The notes below the pieces were generated by a model. It searched no databases. It worked only from the letters and a program-made list of their open reading frames with translations, and was not told where the DNA came from. From Candidatus Bathyarchaeota archaeon (GTDB lineage Archaea > Thermoproteota > Bathyarchaeia > Bathyarchaeales > Bathycorpusculaceae), in assembly GCA_963827165.1 (NCBI GenBank), contig CAWGZR010000005.1, forward strand, positions 384,001 to 448,000: DNA of 64,000 nucleotides, in the 5' to 3' direction. Numbering within the stretch: the stretch's first letter is position 1; every line of letters starts with the position of its first letter. This document shows positions 10,400-19,985 of the stretch, piece after piece. The position numbers were made by a program, and so were the translations under genes.

Positions 10400-10621
10400 A
10401 TGACCGAATTAGAAATAGCTGTAGCCCCCATGCACCGTTTATGTAAAAAAGCGGGTGCTGACAGAGTAAGTGAAGCAGCAGCAAAGGAACTCGCAAAGGC
10501 TCTCGAAGAAATCGGAGTAAAGATTGCAAAGGAATCACTGGATTTTGCGATGCACGCAGGAAGAAAAACCATCAAAGCGGAAGATATTGAAATCGCCGCA
10601 AGAAAAGTAATGGAAAGATAG
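10400..10621 (+). CDS. Archaeal histone (HMf-like)
   Basis: APMHRLCKKAGADRVS...HAGRKTIKAEDI histone fold. Confidence 0.97.
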   Translation: MTELEIAVAPMHRLCKKAGADRVSEAAAKELAKALEEIGVKIAKESLDFAMHAGRKTIKAEDIEIAARKVMER

Positions 10622-10717
10622 TTATCTTATAACAAAGTTCCTTCCTTTCTTCTTTTTTCGTAAGCTGTTGCCCTCGAGTTTCGGAAAAAAAGTTTTTGAT
10701 TAGAACTGCAAAAGTTT

Positions 10718-11470
10718 TTATACGGTTGCGGAGGAATCCCAAAGGAATTGGAAGTACTCGCGTGCAAATCCCACTAGCCCCACGTGATTACTCCATATGA
10801 CGAGGCTGGGCTTGTCTTCTCCAAGGAGCAGCATTGCTTCTTTACCGTCAGCGATAATTCCGCCGCCGAACATATGGTCGCGAATACGCAGTTCACCCAA
10901 AGCGTTATAATTTTTTAGGAAGAGCCAATCTTCTTTTTTACCTGCAGCCATAAGCTTGACATTAACGGTCTTCTTCAGGCCGCTTCCCAGCAGAGGTTCA
11001 GCCAACGCTATTACGGGTTTAGCAAATTCAGGTGCGGCAATCATGATTTCTTTGGTTGCTTTGCTCAGTACCTCTCCAAGCTTGCCTAAAACCGCTTGTT
11101 GGCCACGTAGAATCAGCATGTCGGGGCGCTCGATGAGTTCGCGTTTTTCGTAGAGGGGTTGAAGGGTTTCAGCGACTGTGTTTTCCCAAATTAAGTATTT
11201 GTCTTCAAGACGCAGTTTGGTTGATCTTGTTGCTTCGAGCGGTGGCACTGGGTAGTATTTGAAGGGTCGGGTTTCGCTACTTTTTATCCAGCCTTTTGCC
11301 TTGAGCGAGTTTAAAACTTCGTACATTTTGCTGTAAGGAACCTTGGTTTCCTGGCTGATTTCCATAGCCGTCATCTGCCCCACTTCCAGAAGTATCGTGT
11401 AAGCGTCGATTTCGTAGGCGTTCAAGCCCATTTCGCGAAGGGCGATTCGCGTGTTCTCGTTAATCGACAT
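10718..11470 (-). CDS. TrmB family transcriptional regulator
   Basis: LREMGLNAYE..AY, VPYSKMYEVLNSL wHTH plus C-terminal effector domain. Confidence 0.92.
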   Translation of the reverse strand: MSINENTRIALREMGLNAYEIDAYTILLEVGQMTAMEISQETKVPYSKMYEVLNSLKAKGWIKSSETRPFKYYPVPPLEATRSTKLRLEDKYLIWENTVAETLQPLYEKRELIERPDMLILRGQQAVLGKLGEVLSKATKEIMIAAPEFAKPVIALAEPLLGSGLKKTVNVKLMAAGKKEDWLFLKNYNALGELRIRDHMFGGGIIADGKEAMLLLGEDKPSLVIWSNHVGLVGFAREYFQFLWDSSATV

Positions 11471-11570
11471 TTTATCCCCTCAATCACCTTAGGAAACGTT
11501 TGGAAACCTTATTATCGTAACATTAGCTCTTAAGCACTTCGTAACCGCTTAGATGTTAGAAGGCAAAAAG

Positions 11571-13061
11571 ATGAAAGATATCAAACCGACAAAAAGCATC
11601 TGCCCTGAATGCCTAAAAGCTATTGACGCAACGATTTACGAAGACGACGGGAAAGTCTTCATCAAAAAAGATTGCTCCGAACACGGTCATTTCCAGGAAC
11701 TTTATTGGTCAGATTACGACCAATACAAGCGGGCAGAAAAATTCCGCTATGATGGCGACGGCATAGCTAACCCGAGAACCGAAAAGAAAAACGGGTGCCC
11801 CTATGACTGCGGCATTTGCCCCGAACATAAAAGTCACACGGCACTTGCAATAATCGACGTCACAAACAGGTGTAACCTAACTTGCCCCGTCTGCTTCGCT
11901 AACGCGGCAAAAGCAGGTTACGTTTACGAACCGACCAAAGAGCAAATCATAGGTATGCTTGAGAACCTTCGAGCCAATAAGCCGGTGGCAGCCACAGCTC
12001 TTCAGTTTTCAGGCGGAGAACCCACAATACGCAAAGAGTTGTTCGATTTTGTTCGGAAAGCAAAAGAACTCGGTTTCAGCCATGTGGAAGTTAATACGAA
12101 TGGACTTCGACTCTCGCAAAGCGTAGAATACTGTAAGCAACTCAAAGAGGCAGGAGTCAGCACCATTTACTTGCAGTTCGACGGTTTAACTCCTGAAGTT
12201 TACAAGTTCATACGCGGCGTAGACCTTTTGGAGATCAAGATGAAGGCAATCGAAAACCTTCGTGAGGCAGGGTGGGACAGCATAGTGCTTGTCGTCACAC
12301 TTGTCAAAGGTGTAAACGACGGGCAACTTGGTGACATAATCAATTTTGCCGCCAGAAACTTTGACATTGTAAGATGCATCAACGTTCAACCAGTAAGCCT
12401 CTGCGGAAGGCTGCCGCAAAACGAACGCGAAAGCATGCGCATCACGATTCCGGACTTCATGAAGAAAGTCGAAGAACAAACTAATGGATTAATCAAGGTT
12501 TCAGATTTTTACCCTGTGCCGACGGTGGTGCCAGTTTCAAAAGCAGTAGGTGCATTAAAGGACAGGCGATATTTGGAGTTCACTGCGCATCCTCACTGTG
12601 GCATGGCAACTTACCTTCTGATTGAAAACGGCAAGATAGTTCCAATTACCAAATACGGCAACATCGACAAGTTCATCGGAGTAATGAACAAGGTTTACGA
12701 AACAGCCTCGAAAGGCAGCAAAAACAAAGCCAAACTGCGCTTAGTCAGCTCTATGCGTTACATAAAATTCGGGTTCCTAAGAAAATACGTTTTAGGCGTC
12801 GTCACCAAAGGCGACTACGACTCATTGGGCGATTTGCAGAGGCAGTCGATTCTTCTTTCATCGATGCACTTCATGGACCCCTACAACTTTGACCTTGAAA
12901 GAGTACAACGTTGTCTGATCCACTACGCCGTGCCAGACGGACGGATCATTCCATTCTGCACCATGAACTCAATCCACAGAACAGAAGTAGAAAAGAAACT
13001 TGGCGTCCCACTTAAAGAGTGGAAAGAGCAACATAAAGTTGAAATAAGCCAGCCATTCTAG
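11571..13061 (+). CDS. tes: Tetraether lipid synthase (Tes / GDGT-MAS, MJ0619-family radical SAM)
   Basis: N-terminal CPEC...CSEHG, GCPYDCGICPEH, radical SAM CNLTCPVC, HPHCG, C-terminal RCLIHY...IPFC. Confidence 0.9.
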   Translation: MKDIKPTKSICPECLKAIDATIYEDDGKVFIKKDCSEHGHFQELYWSDYDQYKRAEKFRYDGDGIANPRTEKKNGCPYDCGICPEHKSHTALAIIDVTNRCNLTCPVCFANAAKAGYVYEPTKEQIIGMLENLRANKPVAATALQFSGGEPTIRKELFDFVRKAKELGFSHVEVNTNGLRLSQSVEYCKQLKEAGVSTIYLQFDGLTPEVYKFIRGVDLLEIKMKAIENLREAGWDSIVLVVTLVKGVNDGQLGDIINFAARNFDIVRCINVQPVSLCGRLPQNERESMRITIPDFMKKVEEQTNGLIKVSDFYPVPTVVPVSKAVGALKDRRYLEFTAHPHCGMATYLLIENGKIVPITKYGNIDKFIGVMNKVYETASKGSKNKAKLRLVSSMRYIKFGFLRKYVLGVVTKGDYDSLGDLQRQSILLSSMHFMDPYNFDLERVQRCLIHYAVPDGRIIPFCTMNSIHRTEVEKKLGVPLKEWKEQHKVEISQPF

Positions 13062-13083
13062 ATGTGGAGAACAAAAAATTAAG

Positions 13084-13422
13084 GTGAAAAAATTCATGGG
13101 TGGAAAAAAGAAACTTGGCATAAAGCAGATGGAGAAGCAGCAGGTCACGCAGGACGAATCCAAAGCGCAAGATAAGAAGAAAGAAAAAGCTGGGCCACCG
13201 AAAGAACGAAAAGCCGCCAGCATAGTCGCGCCCGACGCAAAAAATGATAAAATCGTCGCCGAAATCAAAAAGATGGGTGTTCTAACACCGTACGTAGTTG
13301 CAACCAAATACAACATCCGAATCAGCACGGCCAAAGACTTCTTAGAACAACTTGAAACCAACGGCGCAGTACAACTCGTCTCCGGAAGCCACAACCTCAA
13401 AATCTACAAGCCTGCAGCATAA
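13084..13422 (+). CDS. rps25e: 30S ribosomal protein S25e (start probably at MGGKKK)
   Basis: MGGKKK N-terminus, LTPYVVATKYNIRISTAK winged helix. Confidence 0.9.
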   Translation: MKKFMGGKKKLGIKQMEKQQVTQDESKAQDKKKEKAGPPKERKAASIVAPDAKNDKIVAEIKKMGVLTPYVVATKYNIRISTAKDFLEQLETNGAVQLVSGSHNLKIYKPAA

Positions 13423-13482
13423 AACTTTCAACTTTTATCCTTTTAATTTTCTTAAATTAGAATCGCGGGAGTTTAGTTTTCA

Positions 13483-13965
13483 TTGACGGATTTTCCTGAA
13501 AGAGTTTACACCTCTGAAGAGGTAAAAATCGCTAAGGAATTAGTCGACCAAGGGCACAGACACAACATAATAGTTGAAGGATCAGCTGAGTTTAAGGACA
13601 AAATCAATCTGGTTCTTGAACTAATCAAGGCTGCGGGTTATTTGGATTTTTTTAGGGCATACATTCGAAAAATAATGGAAATCGACGGGTTAAGCCAACT
13701 TCGCGAAACGGAAGTGGCTATCTGGGCAAACAAATTTGCCGTTGAAAACACGGTGGATGCGGCGAGCCTGTTTGTGCAGAAGGCTTACAGCATGAAGGAA
13801 TACTTGGACGGGGAACTTTATTATGGTGGCAATGCGGAGAAACGTTCGGTTGCGAAGCGAGTCGAGTTTCTAAAGGCTCTAGGTGAGAATAGCAACGATA
13901 AATGTGTCAAAGAAGAATGTGAACGGCTCCTGCAAATGTGGAATGAAAGCTCGCTGGCTTTCTAG
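13483..13965 (+). CDS. Hypothetical protein
   Basis: 160-aa ORF with natural composition, fills gap, TTG start. Confidence 0.75.
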   Translation: MTDFPERVYTSEEVKIAKELVDQGHRHNIIVEGSAEFKDKINLVLELIKAAGYLDFFRAYIRKIMEIDGLSQLRETEVAIWANKFAVENTVDAASLFVQKAYSMKEYLDGELYYGGNAEKRSVAKRVEFLKALGENSNDKCVKEECERLLQMWNESSLAF

Positions 13966-14369
13966 GTGCTTAGAAGTTCAACCCGAATTGTTATTCCGCT
14001 TTTGATTTGTTTGAAGACATCCAGATTATCGGTTATTTTGCCAAGAATACTCACAGGGCTGTAGGGCTGCGACTTCCCGTAGAAAACACATAGCGCGCTG
14101 CCCATAGGCCAAAAAGCAATGGTGCCGGTCTCAACAGTTGGCTTAGCTTTCTCTTCACCCATCTTCATTGGGATTTCAAAATAAACCTCTTCTTTCCACA
14201 GGGCGGCTCTGCCTTCAATCGGAAGCTTTCGTACAAGGAAATCTATGGTTCTAGGCGCCAAAAACCTGACCAATTCGCCTTCAGCATGACCCAAACCTTC
14301 AATTACAAACTTCACTTTTATCCGCGAAACATCTGCCGATTCAGTACTCAACTTATCATACACCTTCAA
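13962..14369 (-). CDS. Cyclophilin-like fold protein
   Basis: LPIEGRAALWKEEVYF, GTIAFWPMGSALCVFYG, PYSPV. Confidence 0.85.
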   Translation of the reverse strand: MKVYDKLSTESADVSRIKVKFVIEGLGHAEGELVRFLAPRTIDFLVRKLPIEGRAALWKEEVYFEIPMKMGEEKAKPTVETGTIAFWPMGSALCVFYGKSQPYSPVSILGKITDNLDVFKQIKSGITIRVELLST

Positions 14370-14480
14370 ACAAAATCCAAGTGAACTGAATTTTCAGCCT
14401 CTTAATAATGCAACGTTCGATTTAACTGTTACAGTTTTCACCACTGGTGCTATGTGAAAATGGAGCCGGCGTTAAGCGGG

Positions 14481-15584
14481 TTACAGGAGGCTTAGGAGAG
14501 TTTTTCCTATGTAATCAACTTGTTCAGGTGTTACTGCAGGGTGAATTGGCAATGAGAAAACTTGTTTTGAGGCTTTGTCTGTTTCTGGCAACGGGAACCT
14601 TCCAAAGTTTTCCCGATAAAAAGGCATCAAATGAACAGGGTTGACGTAGTAGGCTTCGGCGCCGATTCCCTTCCTCTTGAGTTCCTCCAAAATCCTGTTG
14701 CGCTCCGCCTCAGAACCATCCTCAATTCTAGCTGTGTACAGATACCAACTATGAAGTCGATCTTTAGATTCATAAGGCAAAACGAGCCGGGGGCTTTTCT
14801 CCAGAAGTTTTGTCAGTTGAGCGGCGTTTCGCCGACGTTTATCCAAAAAAGAAGGTAGCTTTTCCAATTGCACGTTACCTATCGCCGCTTGCATTTCCGA
14901 CATACGATAGTTGTTGCCAAGAATCAGCGACGCATACTTGGCTTTTTCACCATGAGTTCGAATCATCCGCAAAGTCTCATCAATCTGATCATTATTCGTC
15001 GTTACTAAACCGCCCTCACCCGTGGTTATGTTTTTGCTTGCGTAAAGGCTCCAGCAAGCAGCATCCGCAAAGCTTCCCGCAGGTTTTCCAGCATAAGTTG
15101 CCCCGTGGGCTTGCGCGGCATCTTCAACAAGCGCCAAACCATGCTTTTCAGCGATTTCTCTGAGAGGTTTCATGTCCGCTGAAAAACCATAAAGGTCCAC
15201 AGGCAGAATAGCCTTGGTTTTCTTCGTTATCGAATTTTCCACTGCACCTGGTGAAAGATTATAGGTTTTTGCGTCGATGTCCACGAAAACTGTTTTGCCG
15301 CCTGCTAAAACAACTGCTTCTGCTGTGGCTACGAAGGTGAAGCTTGGCAGGATAACTTCGTCGCCGTGTTTTACGCCGCAAGCCATTATGGCCGAGTGCA
15401 AAGCAGCTGTGCCGGTGTTAACTGCCACGGCATGTTTCACTCCTGAAAATTTAGCGAAACTCTGCTCCAGCCGCGTAACTTCCGGACCTGCTCCAAGCCC
15501 GCTAATTAACATACCCGAACGCAGAACCTTTACTACTGCCTGAACCTCTTCTTCACCGATTAGCGGCTTGTTAATAGGTATCAA
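14481..15584 (-). CDS. DegT/DnrJ/EryC1/StrS sugar aminotransferase
   Basis: EDAAQAHGA, SLYASKNITTGEGG (PLP lysine), NYRMSE. Confidence 0.95.
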   Translation of the reverse strand: MIPINKPLIGEEEVQAVVKVLRSGMLISGLGAGPEVTRLEQSFAKFSGVKHAVAVNTGTAALHSAIMACGVKHGDEVILPSFTFVATAEAVVLAGGKTVFVDIDAKTYNLSPGAVENSITKKTKAILPVDLYGFSADMKPLREIAEKHGLALVEDAAQAHGATYAGKPAGSFADAACWSLYASKNITTGEGGLVTTNNDQIDETLRMIRTHGEKAKYASLILGNNYRMSEMQAAIGNVQLEKLPSFLDKRRRNAAQLTKLLEKSPRLVLPYESKDRLHSWYLYTARIEDGSEAERNRILEELKRKGIGAEAYYVNPVHLMPFYRENFGRFPLPETDKASKQVFSLPIHPAVTPEQVDYIGKTLLSLL

Positions 15585-15663
15585 AGTGAAAGCCTCCCAA
15601 CATGAATAACTATAGGGCGGTTTATTTCAATTGCCCAAAATGACTGGTGTTTTAGCTTAATAA

Positions 15664-16800
15664 TTATTCTATCGTTATTTTATTTGTGGTTCCGTAATCA
15701 GCCACAACACTTATTTGGCGTGCCCTGAACCTCGCATCCAGTTCCGAGTCGCCGGTATCAACCCTTAAATTCTTTAACTTATCCAGCTTGCTTTTAGTCG
15801 CCGCCACCACAATGTTGTCCAAGCCCACTTGGCAAATTACTTTGGCGCTTATCTGTTGGTTTCCTCGTCCGAAAATGAAGCCTTGACCCCCAATCGGCGT
15901 AACAATAATCTGCGCAGCTGTTCCCTTTATTGCTTCGAGTATTTGTTTCTCGTTTACGTCGCGGCTAGTTATTTTCTTGTTTTGGAAAAGATCCACGCCG
16001 AGGAGAGTTTTTTTCTGATCTAAGAGGTCGCCGATTGTACGGGTTGTGGTTCCAGGTCCGATAATGTAGATGACATCTGGCTTCATTTCTTCTATAAGGT
16101 AGACTGCGATAGCCGCTTGGTTACGTACTTCGTTTTCGGTTATAGGGCTTTCAAGCTTATTCCCTTGGATCAAATGGGGCTCAAATGGACTCAGCATGTA
16201 ACCATATAGCTCCGCGGAAAGATGACCCTCTCTAAAGGCTTCCTCATCAATATCCATAACCTCGGCTTCCCGCAGCGGCAACCCGCCCCACAAGTACCCG
16301 ATAGCAACCCTTGCAGCAGCTTTAGGAGTTACCGCGAACAAGGCGCTATGCATTTTAACGCCTGTGGGAACTCCGAGCGTTGCAACGTTCATGCCAACTG
16401 CTTTTAGGAGGTCGCGAGCTGTTCCGTCTCCGCCACAGAAAACAAGCAAATCAACCCGCAGCTTCACCATCCCTGCCGATACATTTTGAGTATCTTCTGG
16501 TGCGGTTTCTTTTCTAACTTCGCCCGTAATTTGATAGGTAAAGCCGAGCTTCTTTGCTTCGGTTTCACCCATACACCCTGCGCCGACAACTAATCGAAGG
16601 CTTTCTTTAACGGGAACCAATCCGGCGAGGAAGGTTTCCGCTCGCTGCGATGCTATCGGTTTTGCACCCAAGTATATCGCTCGGGCCAGAATGTTTTTGC
16701 CATCTGTTCCTTTGAGTCCGACAGCGCCGCCCATTCCAGCAACTGGATTAACGATGACACCAACGGTCTTTTTAGGCAGATTTTTCTCGGGAACAGACAA
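15664..16800 (-). CDS. ATP-NAD/AcoX kinase family protein
   Basis: NPVAGMGGAVGLKGTDG, GGDGTARD, GRGNQQ. Confidence 0.92.
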   Translation of the reverse strand: MSVPEKNLPKKTVGVIVNPVAGMGGAVGLKGTDGKNILARAIYLGAKPIASQRAETFLAGLVPVKESLRLVVGAGCMGETEAKKLGFTYQITGEVRKETAPEDTQNVSAGMVKLRVDLLVFCGGDGTARDLLKAVGMNVATLGVPTGVKMHSALFAVTPKAAARVAIGYLWGGLPLREAEVMDIDEEAFREGHLSAELYGYMLSPFEPHLIQGNKLESPITENEVRNQAAIAVYLIEEMKPDVIYIIGPGTTTRTIGDLLDQKKTLLGVDLFQNKKITSRDVNEKQILEAIKGTAAQIIVTPIGGQGFIFGRGNQQISAKVICQVGLDNIVVAATKSKLDKLKNLRVDTGDSELDARFRARQISVVADYGTTNKITIE

Positions 16801-17068
16801 ATGGAACAGATCAATTTGTTATTAGGTTGTTAGAACAAAAAGAAAAACATGTCTATCTTTATTCTAAAAACCAAAAATAATTCCTGCTTGTTATTGCAAG
16901 CTCAGATAAACAAAAGAAACGTTGCAGCCAGTGTAATACTTTTATTAGCTTCCAAACCTCGTCCTTTGTAGCAGGCGTGAATGGTTAAACCCATCAATTA
17001 ATCCGTACGCAACGCTAACGGTTTAACCACGAGATATTGAAATCAATTAATAGAGGTCTGGTCGTAAA

Positions 17069-17710
17069 ATGTCGGCAAGCTTCAAAAAAAGAAAGTTCGT
17101 ATCCGCTGACCCAAGCAAGTGTACAGGCTGCGGAGTCTGCGAACTAGCCTGCAGCCAAGAGAAAATGGAGGGCAGTCCGTTGCGTTCCAGAATCCGAGTG
17201 GTCCGCCTCTCACCCGTTTTTAACTTTGCTCTTGCGTGCCGCGCATGCGAAGACGCCAAATGTAAAAAAGTCTGTCCCGAAAAAGCAATTGAGCAGGATG
17301 AAAGCTCGGGGTTGCTGCTGATTGACGAGAAGAAATGCAAGGGCTGCGATTGGTGTGTTCAAGCTTGTCCGTACGGCTGCATAAGTATTCAAAGTAACAC
17401 AGGCGTGGCAACAGTGTGCGACTTATGCGGCGGCACTCCTCAATGCGTAGAATTTTGCCCTGAAGAAGCCTTGGAGCTTATCGATTCTGATGAGGCAGCA
17501 GCAAAACGTTTCAACGGCTCTGTGGAAGAATTGTCAAAGGAATTCAAACGACTGGCAACTTTAATCGACCAAAAGGATTTAACACCACTCGTAGCCAACG
17601 CAGAAAGAATATACGAAAAACTATCAGCCAAGCTTGTAGCCTTAGACGAGAAGGCTGGAAGGGAAAAAGAAGAAGATTCAAAGAAAAATCCTACTAAACC
17701 CAAGGCATAA
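17069..17710 (+). CDS. 4Fe-4S dicluster protein (DmsB/CooF-like) with C-terminal helical extension
   Basis: Four Cys clusters: CTGCGVCELAC, CRACEDAKC...CP, CKGCDWCVQACP, CDLC...C...CP. Confidence 0.9.
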   Translation: MSASFKKRKFVSADPSKCTGCGVCELACSQEKMEGSPLRSRIRVVRLSPVFNFALACRACEDAKCKKVCPEKAIEQDESSGLLLIDEKKCKGCDWCVQACPYGCISIQSNTGVATVCDLCGGTPQCVEFCPEEALELIDSDEAAAKRFNGSVEELSKEFKRLATLIDQKDLTPLVANAERIYEKLSAKLVALDEKAGREKEEDSKKNPTKPKA

Positions 17711-17766
17711 GCCCACAAAATACTGAAATAAAGAAAAATTGTGGAAAGAAAAAGAAGATTTTGAGC

Positions 17767-19185
17767 CTAGATGGTTTCGCAGCTGATGTATTTCTTGTTG
17801 ACTTCGTCAAGCCATGGATAAAGCGTGTGCAGTTTCTTCATTGATTCTTCTACTTTTTCAGCGGGGTAATTGTAGGGTTGGAGGTTGCCGCTGAAGTATT
17901 CATCGTAGGCTGCCATGTCGAAGTAGCCGTGTCCGCATAGTACGAACAGAATAGTTTTTGCTTCACCCGTCTTCTTGCACCGAAGTGCTTCGTCAACGAC
18001 TCCTTTGATCGCGTGGGACGGCTCAGGCGCGGGGATGATGCCTTCGGTTTGGATGAATAGTTTAGCCGCGTCGAAAACCTCTAGTTGGTTGAAGGCTTCT
18101 GTTGTCATCTTTTTCTCCTGCACTAAGAGGCTAATAACCGGAGAAATTCCGTGGTATCGTAACCCGCCGGCGTGTATGGGCGCAGGGATGAAGTCGTGGC
18201 CGATGGTGTGCATTGGAACAAGCGGCGTTAGTTTCGCAGTGTCGCCGTGGTCATACTGATAATATCCCTTAGTGACTTTGGGGCAAGCCGTAGCTTCAGT
18301 CGCGACGAACTTTGTCTCCTTAGGCGCCTTCTTTGAGACTTGGTCATAGTAGAAGGGCCACATCAACCCGTTAAAGCTGCTACCGCCTCCTATGCAACCG
18401 TAGACCACATCTGGGTAATCATCCACCATTTCAAGTTGCTTCTTAGCCTCTAAACCTTCAACAGTCTGATGCAAGCAAACGTGATTGAACACGCTTCCGA
18501 TTGCGTAGTTAGTCTCCTTCTCGTTGACAAGGGCATCTTCAACTGCTTCGCTGATGGCGATTCCTAGGCTGCCTTTGTTGTCGGGGTCTTCAGCAAGGAT
18601 TTTTCTTCCCGCTTCCGTCTTGTTGCTTGGACTGGCTATGCATTCTGCGCCAAATGCTTTCATCATCATCTTTCGATAAGGCTTTTGGTCATAACTTGCC
18701 CGCACCATGTAAACCGTGGCTTTAAGCCCAAAAGTCATGGCTGCAAACGCCAAAGCTGAACCCCACTGACCTGCGCCTGTTTCGGTGGACAAGCGTTCGG
18801 TGCCCTCTTTCATGTTGTAGTACGCTTGGGGGACTGCGGTGTTGGGTTTGTGGCTTCCAGCCGGGCTGACACCTTCATACTTGTAGTAGATTTTAGCCGG
18901 GGTCTTCAAGGCTTTTTCCAAATTTAACGCTCTGAAAAGCGGCGATGGACGCCAGATACGGTAAACTTCTCTGACTTCGTCGGGAACATCGATCCATCGC
19001 TCCTGGCTTATTTCTTGACCGATTATTTCTTTCGGAAAGATTCTTGGGACAATTCCGACGCCGGGCTGCTTCGTTGCGGGGTCAATAAATGGTGGAAGCG
19101 GCTTGGGCAGGTCGGGAACTATGTTGTACCATTTTTTCGGGATGTCTTCTTCTTGTAGGAATATTTTTTTCATTGTCGTGGGCAT
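17767..19185 (-). CDS. trpB2: Tryptophan synthase beta chain 2
   Basis: [36 protein letters not shown]. Confidence 0.96.
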   Translation of the reverse strand: MPTTMKKIFLQEEDIPKKWYNIVPDLPKPLPPFIDPATKQPGVGIVPRIFPKEIIGQEISQERWIDVPDEVREVYRIWRPSPLFRALNLEKALKTPAKIYYKYEGVSPAGSHKPNTAVPQAYYNMKEGTERLSTETGAGQWGSALAFAAMTFGLKATVYMVRASYDQKPYRKMMMKAFGAECIASPSNKTEAGRKILAEDPDNKGSLGIAISEAVEDALVNEKETNYAIGSVFNHVCLHQTVEGLEAKKQLEMVDDYPDVVYGCIGGGSSFNGLMWPFYYDQVSKKAPKETKFVATEATACPKVTKGYYQYDHGDTAKLTPLVPMHTIGHDFIPAPIHAGGLRYHGISPVISLLVQEKKMTTEAFNQLEVFDAAKLFIQTEGIIPAPEPSHAIKGVVDEALRCKKTGEAKTILFVLCGHGYFDMAAYDEYFSGNLQPYNYPAEKVEESMKKLHTLYPWLDEVNKKYISCETI

Positions 19186-19251
19186 ATTGTTTTCGTCCTT
19201 TTTTATTCTAAAGCAGTGAAGCGTACGTTTAAGTTTTATTTAAAACTTTTG

Positions 19252-19267
19252 TGTACTTATTTGTACC
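19252..19267. promoter_or_regulatory. Paired TRP boxes (TGTACT-N4-TGTACC)
   Basis: Two near-consensus TGTACA boxes 4 bp apart between divergent trpB2 and trpY. Confidence 0.7.
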
Positions 19268-19330
19268 TTAACGAGAATTATTCAACAACACATTTATACT
19301 CAAACAAACAAAACACTGAAGCGAAACAAC

Positions 19331-19834
19331 ATGTGGAACATGATAAAAAACCAACTGCAAGAATACCCCGAACGCCTTAAAGTAGCACGCGTCCTTATAG
19401 AAAACGGATTAAGCGTACAAAACAACAAAATATGCTTAAACCAAATCGAAATCCCCCCTGTGCGCGTTGCAAGAGCCGCCGGAGTCGACAGACGAACAGT
19501 AAACGAAACCCTACACACAATAGAAGCTGACAGTGAACTCAAACTGATTTTCGAAGAGATACGTCCAGCTGGACATTCCCTTAAAGAAATAGCTAAACAC
19601 CTAAACCTAGGAGTCTTAGAGATAACTCCAGTGAATGCAAGATCACCAGGAATCTTATCCAACGCGGCCATGACTCTGAACAGGGCGGGATTAAGCATAA
19701 GACAGGCAATCGTTGATGACCCGGAACTTTCCCCCGAGCCAAAACTTACCCTGATTGTGGAGAAAAAGATCCCAGGAGAATTGATCCCTGAACTGCTAAA
19801 GATTCAAGGAATAGCAAAAGTCGCAGTTTACTAA
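19331..19834 (+). CDS. trpY: TrpY-like HTH-ACT regulator (COG2150)
   Basis: ARAAGVDRRTV HTH, C-terminal ACT domain (PGIL...LSIRQAIVDDPEL); divergent from trpB2. Confidence 0.85.
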   Translation: MWNMIKNQLQEYPERLKVARVLIENGLSVQNNKICLNQIEIPPVRVARAAGVDRRTVNETLHTIEADSELKLIFEEIRPAGHSLKEIAKHLNLGVLEITPVNARSPGILSNAAMTLNRAGLSIRQAIVDDPELSPEPKLTLIVEKKIPGELIPELLKIQGIAKVAVY

Positions 19835-19985
19835 GCCACGGCTAAAAAAAACAAGAAAAGCCTGAAAAGTGGGAAAATGATGCAAAAATGGCTCGCCTAG
19901 GCTTAATCAGCATACCTACGCTAGAAAAACTTATATGGCTAGTAATATTTGTTGTTGTTCGCATTATAAATGGAGGTTACTTGAT

